From: Methanocaldococcus jannaschii DSM 2661 | Lineage (GTDB): Archaea > AGJL01 > Methanococci > Methanococcales > Methanocaldococcaceae | DNA: 32,000 nucleotides | Direction of reading: 5' to 3' | NCBI RefSeq assembly: GCF_000091665.1 | Contig: NC_000909.1 | Coordinates: 182,871 to 214,870 of the forward strand | Shown here: in pieces, positions 1 through 8,070 of the stretch | Layout: the number at the start of each line of letters is the position of its first letter | Numbering within the stretch: the stretch's first letter is position 1 | The notes under the pieces: model-generated | The model's input: only the letters and a program-made list of their open reading frames with translations | Database searches by the model: none | Told to the model about the DNA's origin: nothing | Program-made: the position numbers and the translations under genes

Positions 1-618
1 TAATTTTTTACCATTGTCGGCAAGTGTTTTTGATAACTCTTTAAAACAATTCTGTAATTCTTTAACTTTTTTATGGTAAGATTCTTCTTCATTTTCGTCT
101 TCTTTTGATGCATTGACTACGTATCCAACAAATTTGCTTCCATCAAAACTTGCGTTTATTTTAATCCCAGATAGTTCTGTTATGGGAGAAGTCCCTGCTT
201 TAATATTTGTTGCATTTATTGCTCCTAAAACCATGTTTTTCCAAAGATTAACTGACTTCTTTCCTAATTTTTTAATTTTATCTTTTATTTCTTTTGTAAT
301 AGTTTCGTCCTTATTTAATTTAGCTTCTAATTCGTCCCAAATAAACTCCAATAATGAATAAGGCAAATTATCATCTTTTTCATAAAGCCAAGCATCAAAT
401 TTTAAGCAAATAAATTCATTTTTATCCAATTTACTCATAATATGGTTTATAACGCTACTCTTCCCACTACCTCAATTTCCATAAAGGGCTATCATATTAT
501 TCTTCTGCAAATAATCCCATCTATTTTCAATAAATCTTGCTATAGCATCTGCCTTCTTCTTTATTCCTAACCTATCATATTCATCCAAATTTTTTAAAGG
601 CATGTCAGGGCTTAACAT
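1..618 (-). pseudogene. KAP-family P-loop NTPase, N-terminal ~205 codons (the gene runs off the window start), interrupted by one in-frame TGA inside the Walker A motif
   Basis: The minus-strand frame is open from ATG (616-618, preceded by a GGGGGGAGGG purine run) to position 1, except for TGA at 472-474. Translation: MLSPDMPLKNLDEYDRLGIKKKADAIARFIENRWDYLQKNNMIALYGN*GSGKSSVINHIMSKLDKNEFICLKFDAWLYEKDDN... The P-loop G-x-W-G-S-G-K-S and the FDAW-x-Y motif are KAP NTPase hallmarks. The stop replaces the conserved Trp (TGG to TGA). Confidence 0.6.
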
Positions 619-723
619 AACCCTCCCCCCACATAAGCTAATAATTTTGATACTGTTAGCTTAGATAACTTTTATTAATCCTAAAAAATATATATCCTTA
701 ACCATATCAAAAGCTTAGGAGTT

Positions 724-957
724 GTGAATATTATGATAACTAAACAATTTGATAGACATTTAAAGTATTACACTACAATAGTTAAAGTTTTTGCTAATGG
801 TATTATTTTGATAACTGCTTACTACTTAGTGTTTGAGCTTCCAGTAGGTTATTTAATAGGATTATACATCATTATGTTTGTTGTGTGGTTATTGGTGTCA
901 ATGTTTTTCTTAGGTAGATTGTTGGATTTTATGGCTAAAATGGATTTAAAAAAATAA
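724..957 (+). CDS. hypothetical small membrane protein (2 predicted TM helices); possibly the 5' half of a frameshift-split 4-TM gene
   Basis: 77-aa ORF with hydrophobic stretches GIILITAYYLVF and LIGLYIIMFVVWLLVSMFFL. AGGAG lies at 716-720. The start could be GTG 724 or ATG 733. TAA at 955-957 follows directly after an A7 run (948-954). Confidence 0.4.
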   Translation: MNIMITKQFDRHLKYYTTIVKVFANGIILITAYYLVFELPVGYLIGLYIIMFVVWLLVSMFFLGRLLDFMAKMDLKK

Positions 958-1162
958 ACAAAAAGCTAAATTTGATATTTTAACCAATTTTTGTGATACT
1001 GCCATTAATGCCATGTGTTATGGTATAATAGTGATGATACTATTTAGTTTGTATAAGGGTTTAGCTCCAAACTCTGCCATAGTTGGAATAAGCATAATGA
1101 TAATAATAGCAATTGGAATATACTTAATAATAGAGTATGCTATAAAAAAGATTATTGGGTAG
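950..1162 (+). CDS. hydrophobic ORF in the +1 frame relative to 724-957 (2 more TM helices); either the 3' half of the split gene or an independent 49-aa ORF from ATG 1013
   Basis: The frame is open from 950 to TAG 1160-1162: KNKQKAKFDILTNFCDTAINAMCYGIIVMILFSLYKGLAPNSAIVGISIMIIIAIGIYLIIEYAIKKIIG. There is no good SD in front of ATG 1013. Confidence 0.25.
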   Translation, partial: KNKQKAKFDILTNFCDTAINAMCYGIIVMILFSLYKGLAPNSAIVGISIMIIIAIGIYLIIEYAIKKIIG

Positions 1163-1274
1163 GTTTTGCTTCTAACTTTTTAGAGGCATAGAACAACCAC
1201 AAACAGCCAACCAAGACCATAGCCAATAAAAACAAACTAATCATAATTGATGCTATAATTATATCCGTTTCCAT
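1152..1274 (-). CDS. candidate 40-aa single-TM micro-protein
   Basis: ATG at 1272-1274 (complement) is preceded by AAGAGGATGATGTT. Translation: METDIIIASIMISLFLLAMVLVGCLWLFYASKKLEAKPTQ*. It lies 70 nt downstream of argJ on the same strand, with a CTATATAA box in between. It is too short for the ORF track. Confidence 0.3.
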   Translation of the reverse strand: METDIIIASIMISLFLLAMVLVGCLWLFYASKKLEAKPTQ

Positions 1275-1344
1275 AACATCATCCTCTTTTTTGTGTTGTT
1301 ATATTCTTATGTAAGCAGTTAGTTATATAGATTGTGACAAACCA

Positions 1345-2553
1345 TTAAGTTGTATATTCAGCGTTTATTCTAACATACTCATAGCTTAAATCACATCCAT
1401 AACAAACGTTCTCAAACTCCCCCATCTTCAAATCAACAACTATCTTTATTTCATCACTTTTCATAATCTCCTCGGCCTTTTTTAGCTCTTCAGTTCCTTC
1501 ATCAGCCAATGGAATCCCATCTTTAACTAAATAAACCTCATCTTTATAGTTGCTCAATATAACATCAACAACTTCTGGGTTGAAATCAGCCCCACTATAT
1601 CCAACAGCAGCAACAATCCTTCCCCAATTTGGGTCTCCACCAAACACAGCAGTTTTAACTAACAAAGAATTAACTATAGCCTTTGATGCTTTAACTGCAT
1701 CCTCCTCAGTTTTAGCCCCTTTAACAACAACCTCCATAAATTTGGTAGCTCCTTCACCATCCTTAACAATCATCTTGGCAAGCTCTCTGCACACATACAA
1801 TAAGGCATTTTCAAACTCTTCTCCACATTCTTCATAATTAACTCCACTTAATCCATTAGCTAAAACAAAAACGGTATCATTTGTTGAAGTGTCTCCATCA
1901 ACGGATATGTTGTTGAATGTTTTATCTACAACCTTTTGCAAGATATTTGTTAAGCTTTCTTTATCAATCTCTATGTCTGTTGTTATAAAGCAAAGCATAG
2001 TAGCATGTAACATATTTGGAGCTATCATCCCAGCTCCTTTTGCTATCCCCCCAACTCTAACAGTTTTTCCATTAACCTCAAACTCCACAGCTATTTCCTT
2101 TGGTTTTGTATCAGTTGTCATTATTGCTTTGGCAGCGTTTATTGAGCTGTTTCCTTCTTTTATTAAATTATAAACCTTATTTATTCTATCTTTTATAATG
2201 TTCATATCCATCTTTCTTCCAATAACTCCAGTTGAGGCTACTAAAACCTCATCTTCATTAATATTAAAGAGCTCTGCTACTAATCTCTGCATTTCTTTAG
2301 CATCTTCCATTCCATCTTTTGTAAAACAGTTGGCGTTTCCACTATTTGCAACTATTGCTCTAAATTTATCTCTATTTTTTATCAACTCCCTTGATAAAAC
2401 TACAGGATGAGCTACAACTTTATTTGTTGTGAATGTCCCAGCTCCTACTGCATCTTTTTCAGAGATAATTATCGCTACTCCAAACTTACCCTCTTTGTAT
2501 CCATTGGCTTTAAATCCCTTAGGGGCTGTAACTCCACCATCAATAACTCTCAT
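1345..2553 (-). CDS. argJ: bifunctional glutamate N-acetyltransferase / amino-acid acetyltransferase (ornithine acetyltransferase) ArgJ
   Basis: 402-aa ORF with N-terminal GGVTAPKGFKANG and the autoprocessing region PNMLHATMLCFITTD typical of ArgJ. SD AAGGTGGA lies 4 nt upstream of the ATG. Confidence 0.95.
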   Translation of the reverse strand: MRVIDGGVTAPKGFKANGYKEGKFGVAIIISEKDAVGAGTFTTNKVVAHPVVLSRELIKNRDKFRAIVANSGNANCFTKDGMEDAKEMQRLVAELFNINEDEVLVASTGVIGRKMDMNIIKDRINKVYNLIKEGNSSINAAKAIMTTDTKPKEIAVEFEVNGKTVRVGGIAKGAGMIAPNMLHATMLCFITTDIEIDKESLTNILQKVVDKTFNNISVDGDTSTNDTVFVLANGLSGVNYEECGEEFENALLYVCRELAKMIVKDGEGATKFMEVVVKGAKTEEDAVKASKAIVNSLLVKTAVFGGDPNWGRIVAAVGYSGADFNPEVVDVILSNYKDEVYLVKDGIPLADEGTEELKKAEEIMKSDEIKIVVDLKMGEFENVCYGCDLSYEYVRINAEYTT

Positions 2554-2563
2554 ATTTCCACCT

Positions 2564-3001
2564 TTACTCTTTCTTTAATTCAATTAAAGCTATCTTCTCC
2601 AAAACTCTTTCAACAACATTTCCAAAACCCCTAATCTTAAAAATTTCTCTAATCAATCTTTCCTTATCTTCATTAATTTCCAAAACAGAATCATCAATTT
2701 CTCCACCAATAAGCTCATAAATTTTTCTAAAAGTCTCTTCATCTTCACAGATTAAGCAAACATTCCCATCTTTAGCTCCAATAATCTTTATTGCCTCATG
2801 TATCTGCCTCTGTCCAGAAGCTCTAACCAAAATTTCCATCCAAAAACTCTTTGCTATTGGTTTTTTTGTCTTTGCTTGATTTATAGCATGCAAAACATGT
2901 TTCTTTGTAGCTACTACATCAGCGTTTAAAATTTGAAACTTTAAACCTAAATTAAAAATTTCATTATTTATCCTTGCCCCTCTTATTCCCCTAATTATCA
3001 T
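2564..3001 (-). CDS. cgi121: KEOPS complex subunit Cgi121-like protein
   Basis: 145-aa ORF lying 2 nt after the upstream stop and 10 nt before argJ. The segment SFWMEILVRASGQRQIHEAIKIIG fits my recollection of the Cgi121 family; M. jannaschii MJ0187, next to argJ, is the crystallised Cgi121. This rests on recall, not on a search. Confidence 0.7.
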   Translation of the reverse strand: MIIRGIRGARINNEIFNLGLKFQILNADVVATKKHVLHAINQAKTKKPIAKSFWMEILVRASGQRQIHEAIKIIGAKDGNVCLICEDEETFRKIYELIGGEIDDSVLEINEDKERLIREIFKIRGFGNVVERVLEKIALIELKKE

Positions 3002-3003
3002 AA

Positions 3004-3801
3004 TTATCCCAATACTCCATTTTTGTTGTATTTTATTACCTTAACACTGTTTTCGTCATCACTATCAACAATCTTAACATCCTCCAGTGATTTTAAATTC
3101 ATAATCTCAGCTGTCTTTTCTATACCAAGCTTTTTATCAGTGTCTAAATAAATTACATAGGCATCCAACTTCGGCACTCCCATTTTATACGCTGCTACTG
3201 CCCTATGATGTCCATCTACCAATATATAATAATCTCCCCTTTTTGTTTTTATTGCAATTATTGGCTCTGCCAAACCTTTTTTTAGTTCATACATTCTGCC
3301 AACCAGCTCATCAGCGTGTATTTTATTCTGTGTTGGTCTCAATTTATTAACATCTACCTCTTCTTTTTCAACTCTCAAATTGTAACCTAAGCTTTTATAA
3401 GTTTTGATTATATTTTCCAATTTTTTAGGCGTGGTTTTCTCTATTTGAGACCTGATAACATCCATATTAGATATAATTCCAACTAAATTATTTTCTTCAT
3501 CAACAACTGGCAATTTTGAGAAACCAGTTCTAAACATTATTCTACCAACATCCATTATATTGGCATCAGGAGTTGTAACAACCATATCTTTCCTTTTTGT
3601 CATTACATTTTCTACTTTCTCATTATCATCCTTTCCTACAATATCATGAACAGAAACTATCCCTATTAGCTTTCCATTCTCAACCACAGGAAATGAATTG
3701 TGTCCAGTCTCTTTCAACAATTTAATAACATCTTTAACTGTATTATCTTTTGAAACAGTAACAACCTTCTTTGTCATATATTCAGATACCTTTACTGACA
3801 T
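3004..3801 (-). CDS. CBS-domain pair fused to a C-terminal ParB/Srx-fold (ParB-like nuclease/NTP-binding) domain
   Basis: 265-aa ORF with two CBS repeats (MTKKVVTVSKDNTVKDVIKLL...PVVENGKLIGIVSVHDIV and MVVTTPDANIMDVGRIMF...LPVVDEENNLVGIISNMDVI). The C-terminal part reads VDVNKLRPTQ...YYILVDGHHRAVAAYKMG, carrying the DGHHR motif of the ParB/sulfiredoxin superfamily. SD GATGGTG lies upstream of the ATG. Confidence 0.8.
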   Translation of the reverse strand: MSVKVSEYMTKKVVTVSKDNTVKDVIKLLKETGHNSFPVVENGKLIGIVSVHDIVGKDDNEKVENVMTKRKDMVVTTPDANIMDVGRIMFRTGFSKLPVVDEENNLVGIISNMDVIRSQIEKTTPKKLENIIKTYKSLGYNLRVEKEEVDVNKLRPTQNKIHADELVGRMYELKKGLAEPIIAIKTKRGDYYILVDGHHRAVAAYKMGVPKLDAYVIYLDTDKKLGIEKTAEIMNLKSLEDVKIVDSDDENSVKVIKYNKNGVLG

Positions 3802-4064
3802 AATGACACCATCAGCATAAATTTTTAAATTTTTATATTGTAATAGAACTTTCGCAGTTTGTATATTTTATTAAAGGCATTTAAATGCCTAAAGGCATTA
3901 TTATTCCATAGAACATTTATTCCTACGAAAGTTCCATTGTAAATTATTTTAAGGATTAGATATAAATACTTCAACATCAAATTAATAACTATCCTTTAAC
4001 CTTACTAAAAACCGAAAATAATATATAATATGGTATCCATTAATCATAACGTTGAGTATTGTGG

Positions 4065-4090
4065 GAATATATAAAAAGAATATATAAAAA
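4065..4090 (+). promoter_or_regulatory. tandemly duplicated TATA-box element upstream of tRNA-Ser
   Basis: GAATATATAAAAA occurs twice back-to-back (4065-4077 and 4078-4090). The proximal copy is centred about 23-25 nt upstream of the tRNA 5' end (4108), the usual archaeal TATA-to-TSS distance. Confidence 0.4.
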
Positions 4091-4107
4091 ATGAAACACG
4101 TTTCAGA

Positions 4108-4196
4108 GCGGAGGTAGCCTAGCCCGGCCAAGGCGTGGGACTGGAGATCCCATGGGGCTTTGCCCCGCGGGGGTTCAAATCCCCCCCTCCGCGCCA
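4108..4196 (+). tRNA. tRNA-Ser (anticodon GGA), long variable arm, genomically encoded CCA
   Basis: Manual fold: acceptor GCGGAGG/CCUCCGC; D stem GCCU/AGGC; anticodon stem UGGGA/UCCCA with loop CUGGAGA; variable arm GGGGC-UUU-GCCCC; T arm GGGGG-UUCAAAU-CCCCC; discriminator G plus CCA. Confidence 0.95.
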
Positions 4197-4197
4197 C

Positions 4198-4212
4198 TTC
4201 TTTTTATTTTTT
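4198..4212 (+). terminator. oligo-T tract after tRNA-Ser (possible archaeal terminator)
   Basis: TTCTTTTTATTTTTT lies immediately 3' of the tRNA. Archaeal RNAP terminates at T-runs. Read-through into rps13 cannot be excluded. Confidence 0.3.
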
Positions 4213-4267
4213 AATATCTATTTACTATAAAACACGAAATTATGGAGGTGCAACCTTGACCGAGAAT

Positions 4268-4720
4268 ATGCAAAATTCTGAATTTAAGTATTTAATTAGA
4301 GTTTCAAGGACAGATTTAGATGGGAACAAAAAGTTAATAATGGCTCTCCAGGACATCTACGGTGTTGGAGAGGCAATGGCAAGGGCAATTGTAAGAGTTG
4401 CTAAATTAGACCCTAACAAATTAGCTGGTTATTTAACAGAGGAAGAAGTTAAAAAAATTGAAGAAGTATTGGCAGACCCTGCTAAATTTGGAATCCCATC
4501 ATGGATGTTTAACAGAAGAAAAGATTATGTTACTGGAGAGGATAAACACGTTATTGAAAGCGATTTAATGATTATAAAACAGGAAGATATTAACAGATTG
4601 AAGAGAATCAGATGTTATAGAGGAATTAGACACGAGCTTGGATTACCATGTAGAGGACAGAGAACAAAGAGTACATTTAGAAGAGGTCCAACTGTTGGAG
4701 TTTCAAGAAGAAAGAAATAA
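4268..4720 (+). CDS. rps13: 30S ribosomal protein S13 (uS13)
   Basis: [19 protein letters not shown]...[23 protein letters not shown]. The ORF-track extension back to 4160 overlaps tRNA-Ser and is rejected. An alternative in-frame TTG at 4256 sits 5 nt after GGAGGTG (4244-4250). Confidence 0.95.
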   Translation: MQNSEFKYLIRVSRTDLDGNKKLIMALQDIYGVGEAMARAIVRVAKLDPNKLAGYLTEEEVKKIEEVLADPAKFGIPSWMFNRRKDYVTGEDKHVIESDLMIIKQEDINRLKRIRCYRGIRHELGLPCRGQRTKSTFRRGPTVGVSRRKK

Positions 4721-4777
4721 ATTATTAAATGAAACACTTAGCATAACATTCAACAAAAAATTATTGAAGGTGATTAG

Positions 4778-5341
4778 ATGGGAGACCCAAGGAGAAGATT
4801 TAAAAAGACTTATGAAACACCAAACCATCCATGGATTAAAGAGAGAATTGAGAGAGAAAAAGAGTTGTGTAGGAAGTATGGTTTAAGAAGAAAGAGAGAA
4901 GTTTGGAAAGCAGAGACAATATTAAGAAAATACAGAAGACAGGCAAGAAGATTAATTAGTGATAGAACAGAGCAAGGAGCTAAAGAAGCTGTCCAGCTTT
5001 TCAATGTATTAAAAAAATACGGTATCTTAAAAATTGAGAACCCAACACTTGATGATGTCTTATCATTAACCGTTGAAGATATCTTAGAGAGAAGATTACA
5101 AACACTTGTATTTAGAAAAGGATTAGCAAGAACACCAAGACAAGCAAGACAGTTAATTGTTCATGGACATATAGCAGTTAATGGTAGAGTTGTAACTGCT
5201 CCAAGCTACATGGTAACAGTTGAAGAAGAAGACAAAATCAGCTATGCTAAAAACTCCCCATTCAACGATGACAATCACCCAGAAAGAGCTAAAATTGTTG
5301 GATTAGTAGCAGAAGAAACACAGACACAGGAGACAGAATAA
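4778..5341 (+). CDS. rps4: 30S ribosomal protein S4 (uS4)
   Basis: 186 aa with an S4 RNA-binding domain ([37 protein letters not shown]). SD GAAGGTGAT is present, and the gene sits in the conserved S13-S4-S11 order. Confidence 0.95.
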   Translation: MGDPRRRFKKTYETPNHPWIKERIEREKELCRKYGLRRKREVWKAETILRKYRRQARRLISDRTEQGAKEAVQLFNVLKKYGILKIENPTLDDVLSLTVEDILERRLQTLVFRKGLARTPRQARQLIVHGHIAVNGRVVTAPSYMVTVEEEDKISYAKNSPFNDDNHPERAKIVGLVAEETQTQETE

Positions 5342-5366
5342 AAATATAAATTAAAGGTGAAACACT

Positions 5367-5756
5367 ATGGCAGAACAGAAAAAAGAAAAATGGGGAATAG
5401 TTCATATCTACTCATCTTACAACAACACAATAATCCATGCAACAGACATTACAGGAGCAGAGACAATTGCAAGAGTTTCAGGTGGGAGGGTTACAAGAAA
5501 CCAGAGAGATGAGGGTTCTCCTTACGCAGCAATGCAGGCAGCATTTAAATTGGCAGAGGTATTAAAAGAGAGAGGAATTGAAAACATCCATATCAAAGTT
5601 AGAGCTCCAGGAGGTAGTGGGCAGAAAAACCCAGGACCTGGAGCTCAGGCTGCTATTAGAGCTTTAGCAAGAGCTGGATTAAGAATTGGAAGAATTGAAG
5701 ATGTTACACCAGTTCCACATGATGGAACAACACCTAAGAAGAGGTTCAAAAAGTAA
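5367..5756 (+). CDS. rps11: 30S ribosomal protein S11 (uS11)
   Basis: [23 protein letters not shown]...[34 protein letters not shown] is typical of S11. SD AAAGGTGA is present. Confidence 0.95.
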   Translation: MAEQKKEKWGIVHIYSSYNNTIIHATDITGAETIARVSGGRVTRNQRDEGSPYAAMQAAFKLAEVLKERGIENIHIKVRAPGGSGQKNPGPGAQAAIRALARAGLRIGRIEDVTPVPHDGTTPKKRFKK

Positions 5757-5767
5757 GGTGATAATCT

Positions 5768-6343
5768 TTGATTACAATCAAAGAAAAGAGAAAGACAAGA
5801 ATTGGGGAGGAATTTATTTTTTCTTTAAAAGCCCCAATTTCATTTTCTAATGCTATTAGGAGAATAATGATTTCTGAAGTTCCAACCTTTGCTATTGAAG
5901 ATGTTTATATATATGAGAACTCATCATCAATGGATGATGAGATTTTAGCACATAGATTGGGTTTAATTCCAATTAAAGGAAAACCATTATTAGAGAATGA
6001 AGTTATAACATTCACCTTAGAAAAAGAGGGGCCTTGCACAGTTTATTCATCAGATTTAAAATCTGAAAATGGAGAAGTTGCTTTTAAAAACATTCCAATT
6101 GTTAAATTAGGAAAAGGGCAAAGAATACAGATTGAATGTGAAGCAATTCCTGGCATTGGAAAGGTTCATGCAAAATGGCAACCATGCAATGCTGTCTATA
6201 AACAAATTGCTGATGATGAAGTAGAATTTTTCGTTGAAACATTTGGACAAATGGAAGCTGAAGAAATCTTAGAAGAAGCTGTTAAAATACTAAAAAATAA
6301 AGCTGAAAGTTTCTTACAACAGTTAGAAATGATTGAACAATAA
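5768..6343 (+). CDS. rpoD: DNA-directed RNA polymerase subunit D (Rpo3)
   Basis: TTG start 5 nt after TAAGGTGAT. It has an alpha/Rpb3-like N-terminus ([30 protein letters not shown]) and the conserved position after rps11. Confidence 0.9.
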   Translation: MITIKEKRKTRIGEEFIFSLKAPISFSNAIRRIMISEVPTFAIEDVYIYENSSSMDDEILAHRLGLIPIKGKPLLENEVITFTLEKEGPCTVYSSDLKSENGEVAFKNIPIVKLGKGQRIQIECEAIPGIGKVHAKWQPCNAVYKQIADDEVEFFVETFGQMEAEEILEEAVKILKNKAESFLQQLEMIEQ

Positions 6344-6420
6344 AAAACCATTTTCATTCTAATTATTTGTCAAACCTTATAATAATTATAAAAGGTTTGA
6401 AGGAAAACACGGTGATATAT

Positions 6421-6786
6421 ATGGCAAAGAAAATAACAGCTACAAACCCAAGGTTGGTTAAGTTAATTGAGATATTAAAGCAGGAAAGTTATAAAAATCA
6501 GGCAAAGATTTGGAAGGATATTGCAAGAAGGTTAGCAAAACCAAGAAGAAGGAGAGCAGAGGTAAATTTAAGTAAGATAAACAGATACACAAAAGAAGGA
6601 GATGTTGTTTTAGTTCCTGGTAAAGTTTTAGGAGCTGGGAAGTTAGAGCACAAGGTTGTCGTTGCTGCATTTGCATTCTCAGAAACAGCTAAAAAATTAA
6701 TTAAAGAAGCTGGAGGAGAAGCAATAACAATTGAAGAGCTAATAAAAAGAAATCCAAAAGGTTCAAATGTTAAAATTATGGCGTAA
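6421..6786 (+). CDS. rpl18e: 50S ribosomal protein L18e (eL18)
   Basis: [20 protein letters not shown]...; ATG 6421 follows CACGGTGAT. The longer ORF-track start (6367) has no SD and adds non-conserved residues. Confidence 0.9.
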   Translation: MAKKITATNPRLVKLIEILKQESYKNQAKIWKDIARRLAKPRRRRAEVNLSKINRYTKEGDVVLVPGKVLGAGKLEHKVVVAAFAFSETAKKLIKEAGGEAITIEELIKRNPKGSNVKIMA

Positions 6787-6817
6787 ATATAAACTGGATT
6801 AAAACACGGTGATAGTT

Positions 6818-7231
6818 ATGACAGTAATAGATGCTGAAGGAGCGATATTGGGAAGATTGGCTTCAGAAGTAGCAAAAAGAGTTTTGAGAGGAGAAGAAAT
6901 TGTTATTGTAAATGCTGAGATGGTAGTTATTACAGGTAACAAGGACTGGATTATAAAAACCTACCAAGAGGAAAGAGAGAAGAAAAACGTTGCTAACCCA
7001 AGAAGATTTGGGCCGAAATTCCCAAGAAGACCAGATGATATATTAAGAAGAACAATTAGAAAGATGCTTCCATACAAAAAACCAAAAGGAAGAGAGGCAT
7101 TTAAGAGAGTTAAAGTTTATGTTGGAAATCCTAAAAACTTAACAGTTGATGAAAAAATAAGCCACAAATTAAACACCACCAAATATATAACATTAGCTGA
7201 GTTAAGCAAACACTTAGGAGCGAAGTTCTGA
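6818..7231 (+). CDS. rpl13: 50S ribosomal protein L13 (uL13)
   Basis: MTVIDAEGAILGRLASEVAKRVL...; ATG 6818 follows CACGGTGAT. The track start at 6809 is a GTG inside the SD itself. Confidence 0.9.
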   Translation: MTVIDAEGAILGRLASEVAKRVLRGEEIVIVNAEMVVITGNKDWIIKTYQEEREKKNVANPRRFGPKFPRRPDDILRRTIRKMLPYKKPKGREAFKRVKVYVGNPKNLTVDEKISHKLNTTKYITLAELSKHLGAKF

Positions 7232-7240
7232 GGTGATTAA

Positions 7241-7651
7241 ATGGGAAAAATTGTTATAACAGTTGGTAAAAGAAAAAGAGCTATTGCGAGAGCAGTAGCA
7301 AGAGAAGGGAAGGGAAGAATAAGAATAAACAAAATACCTATTGAGTTAATTGAGCCCAAATATAAGAGAATGAAGTTAATGGAACCAATTTTATTAGCTG
7401 GAGAGGAAGTTATTAGCCAAATGGATATTGATGTTACAGTTAAAGGCGGAGGAGTAATGGGACAAATGGATGCTGCAAGAACAGCTATTGGTAAAGCTAT
7501 TGTTGAATTTACAGGTAGCAAAGAGTTGAGAGACAAGTTCTTAGCTTACGACAGAACATTATTGGTTAGCGATGCAAGAAGAACCGAACCACACAAACCA
7601 AGTAGGTCAACAAAGGGTCCAAGAGCAAAGAGACAAAAGTCATACAGATAA
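7241..7651 (+). CDS. rps9: 30S ribosomal protein S9 (uS9)
   Basis: [11 protein letters not shown]...; the C-terminal [26 protein letters not shown] is typical of S9. SD GAGGTGAT is present. Confidence 0.95.
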   Translation: MGKIVITVGKRKRAIARAVAREGKGRIRINKIPIELIEPKYKRMKLMEPILLAGEEVISQMDIDVTVKGGGVMGQMDAARTAIGKAIVEFTGSKELRDKFLAYDRTLLVSDARRTEPHKPSRSTKGPRAKRQKSYR

Positions 7652-7669
7652 ATTTATTTTACAATTTTT

Positions 7670-7699
7670 GGAAAGATATTATCTTTTCTTTTATTTTGG
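7670..7699 (+). terminator. hairpin plus T-tract after rps9 (candidate terminator/attenuation point)
   Basis: GGAAAGAU-AUU-AUCUUUUC hairpin (7670-7688) runs into TTTTCTTTTATTTT. Confidence 0.25.
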
Positions 7700-7708
7700 G
7701 TGAGAAAC

Positions 7709-7930
7709 ATGATGTTCCCTATTAGATGTTTTTCCTGTGGTAATGTTATCGCTGAAGTTTTTGAAGAGTACAAAGAGAGAATTTTAAAAGGAGAGAATCC
7801 AAAAGATGTTTTGGATGATTTAGGCATTAAAAAATACTGCTGTAGAAGAATGTTTATCTCTTACAGAATAGGAGAGGATGGAAGAGAAATTATTGATGAA
7901 ATAATAGCTCATGACGAGAGATATCTATAA
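7709..7930 (+). CDS. rpoN: DNA-directed RNA polymerase subunit N (Rpo10)
   Basis: MMFPIRCFSCGNVI...KYCCRRMFISY is the Rpo10 zinc motif. ATG 7709 follows GGGTGAGAAAC. The track start at 7700 is a GTG within the SD. Confidence 0.9.
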   Translation: MMFPIRCFSCGNVIAEVFEEYKERILKGENPKDVLDDLGIKKYCCRRMFISYRIGEDGREIIDEIIAHDERYL

Positions 7931-7961
7931 TTAGATTTTTAAACTTATTATTCTTTTTAAC

Positions 7962-8038
7962 GGGGCCGTGGGGTAGCCTGGATATCCTGTGCGCTTGGGG
8001 GGCGTGCGACCCGGGTTCAAGTCCCGGCGGCCCCACCA
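7962..8038 (+). tRNA. tRNA-Pro (anticodon most likely GGG), encoded CCA
   Basis: Acceptor GGGGCCG/CGGCCCC and T arm CCGGG-UUCAAGU-CCCGG. The best anticodon helix, (G)UGCGC/GCGUG(C), has loop UUGGGGG, giving GGG. A shifted register would read UGG but needs a G-G mismatch. Confidence 0.9.
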
Positions 8039-8070
8039 TTTGATATTTTATATATTTCAGAGGTGAGATA

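Noticed and set aside
472-474. TGA in the KAP NTPase as a selenocysteine codon (this lineage does use Sec)
   Set aside because: The position corresponds to a structurally conserved Trp of the KAP P-loop, one nucleotide away from TGG, not to a redox-active Cys/Sec site. No SECIS-like element is visible in-window. A nonsense mutation or sequencing error is far more parsimonious.
634-663. Inverted repeat TAAGCTAA (634-641) / TTAGCTTA (656-663) in the divergent KAP / membrane-gene spacer
   Set aside because: It is short (8 bp) and AT-rich, and both flanking genes look inactivated. The evidence is insufficient to call an operator.
1550-2634. Four plus-strand ORFs (70-95 aa) inside argJ/cgi121, and similar antisense ORFs within asd, purM, the DUF89 gene, atpA, atpB, rps9 and the ferredoxin gene
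   Set aside because: All are nested antisense to long genes with clear family signatures. They lack SD sequences and have Ser/Leu/Ile-biased composition typical of shadow ORFs in AT-rich genomes.
3982-4267. ORF-track entries 3982-4197 (minus strand, 71 aa) and the N-terminal extension of 4160-4720 ([15 protein letters not shown]...)
   Set aside because: Both read straight through the tRNA-Ser gene (4108-4196); the G/P/R-rich peptides are simply the translated GC-rich tRNA. The real rps13 starts at 4256/4268 behind its own SD.
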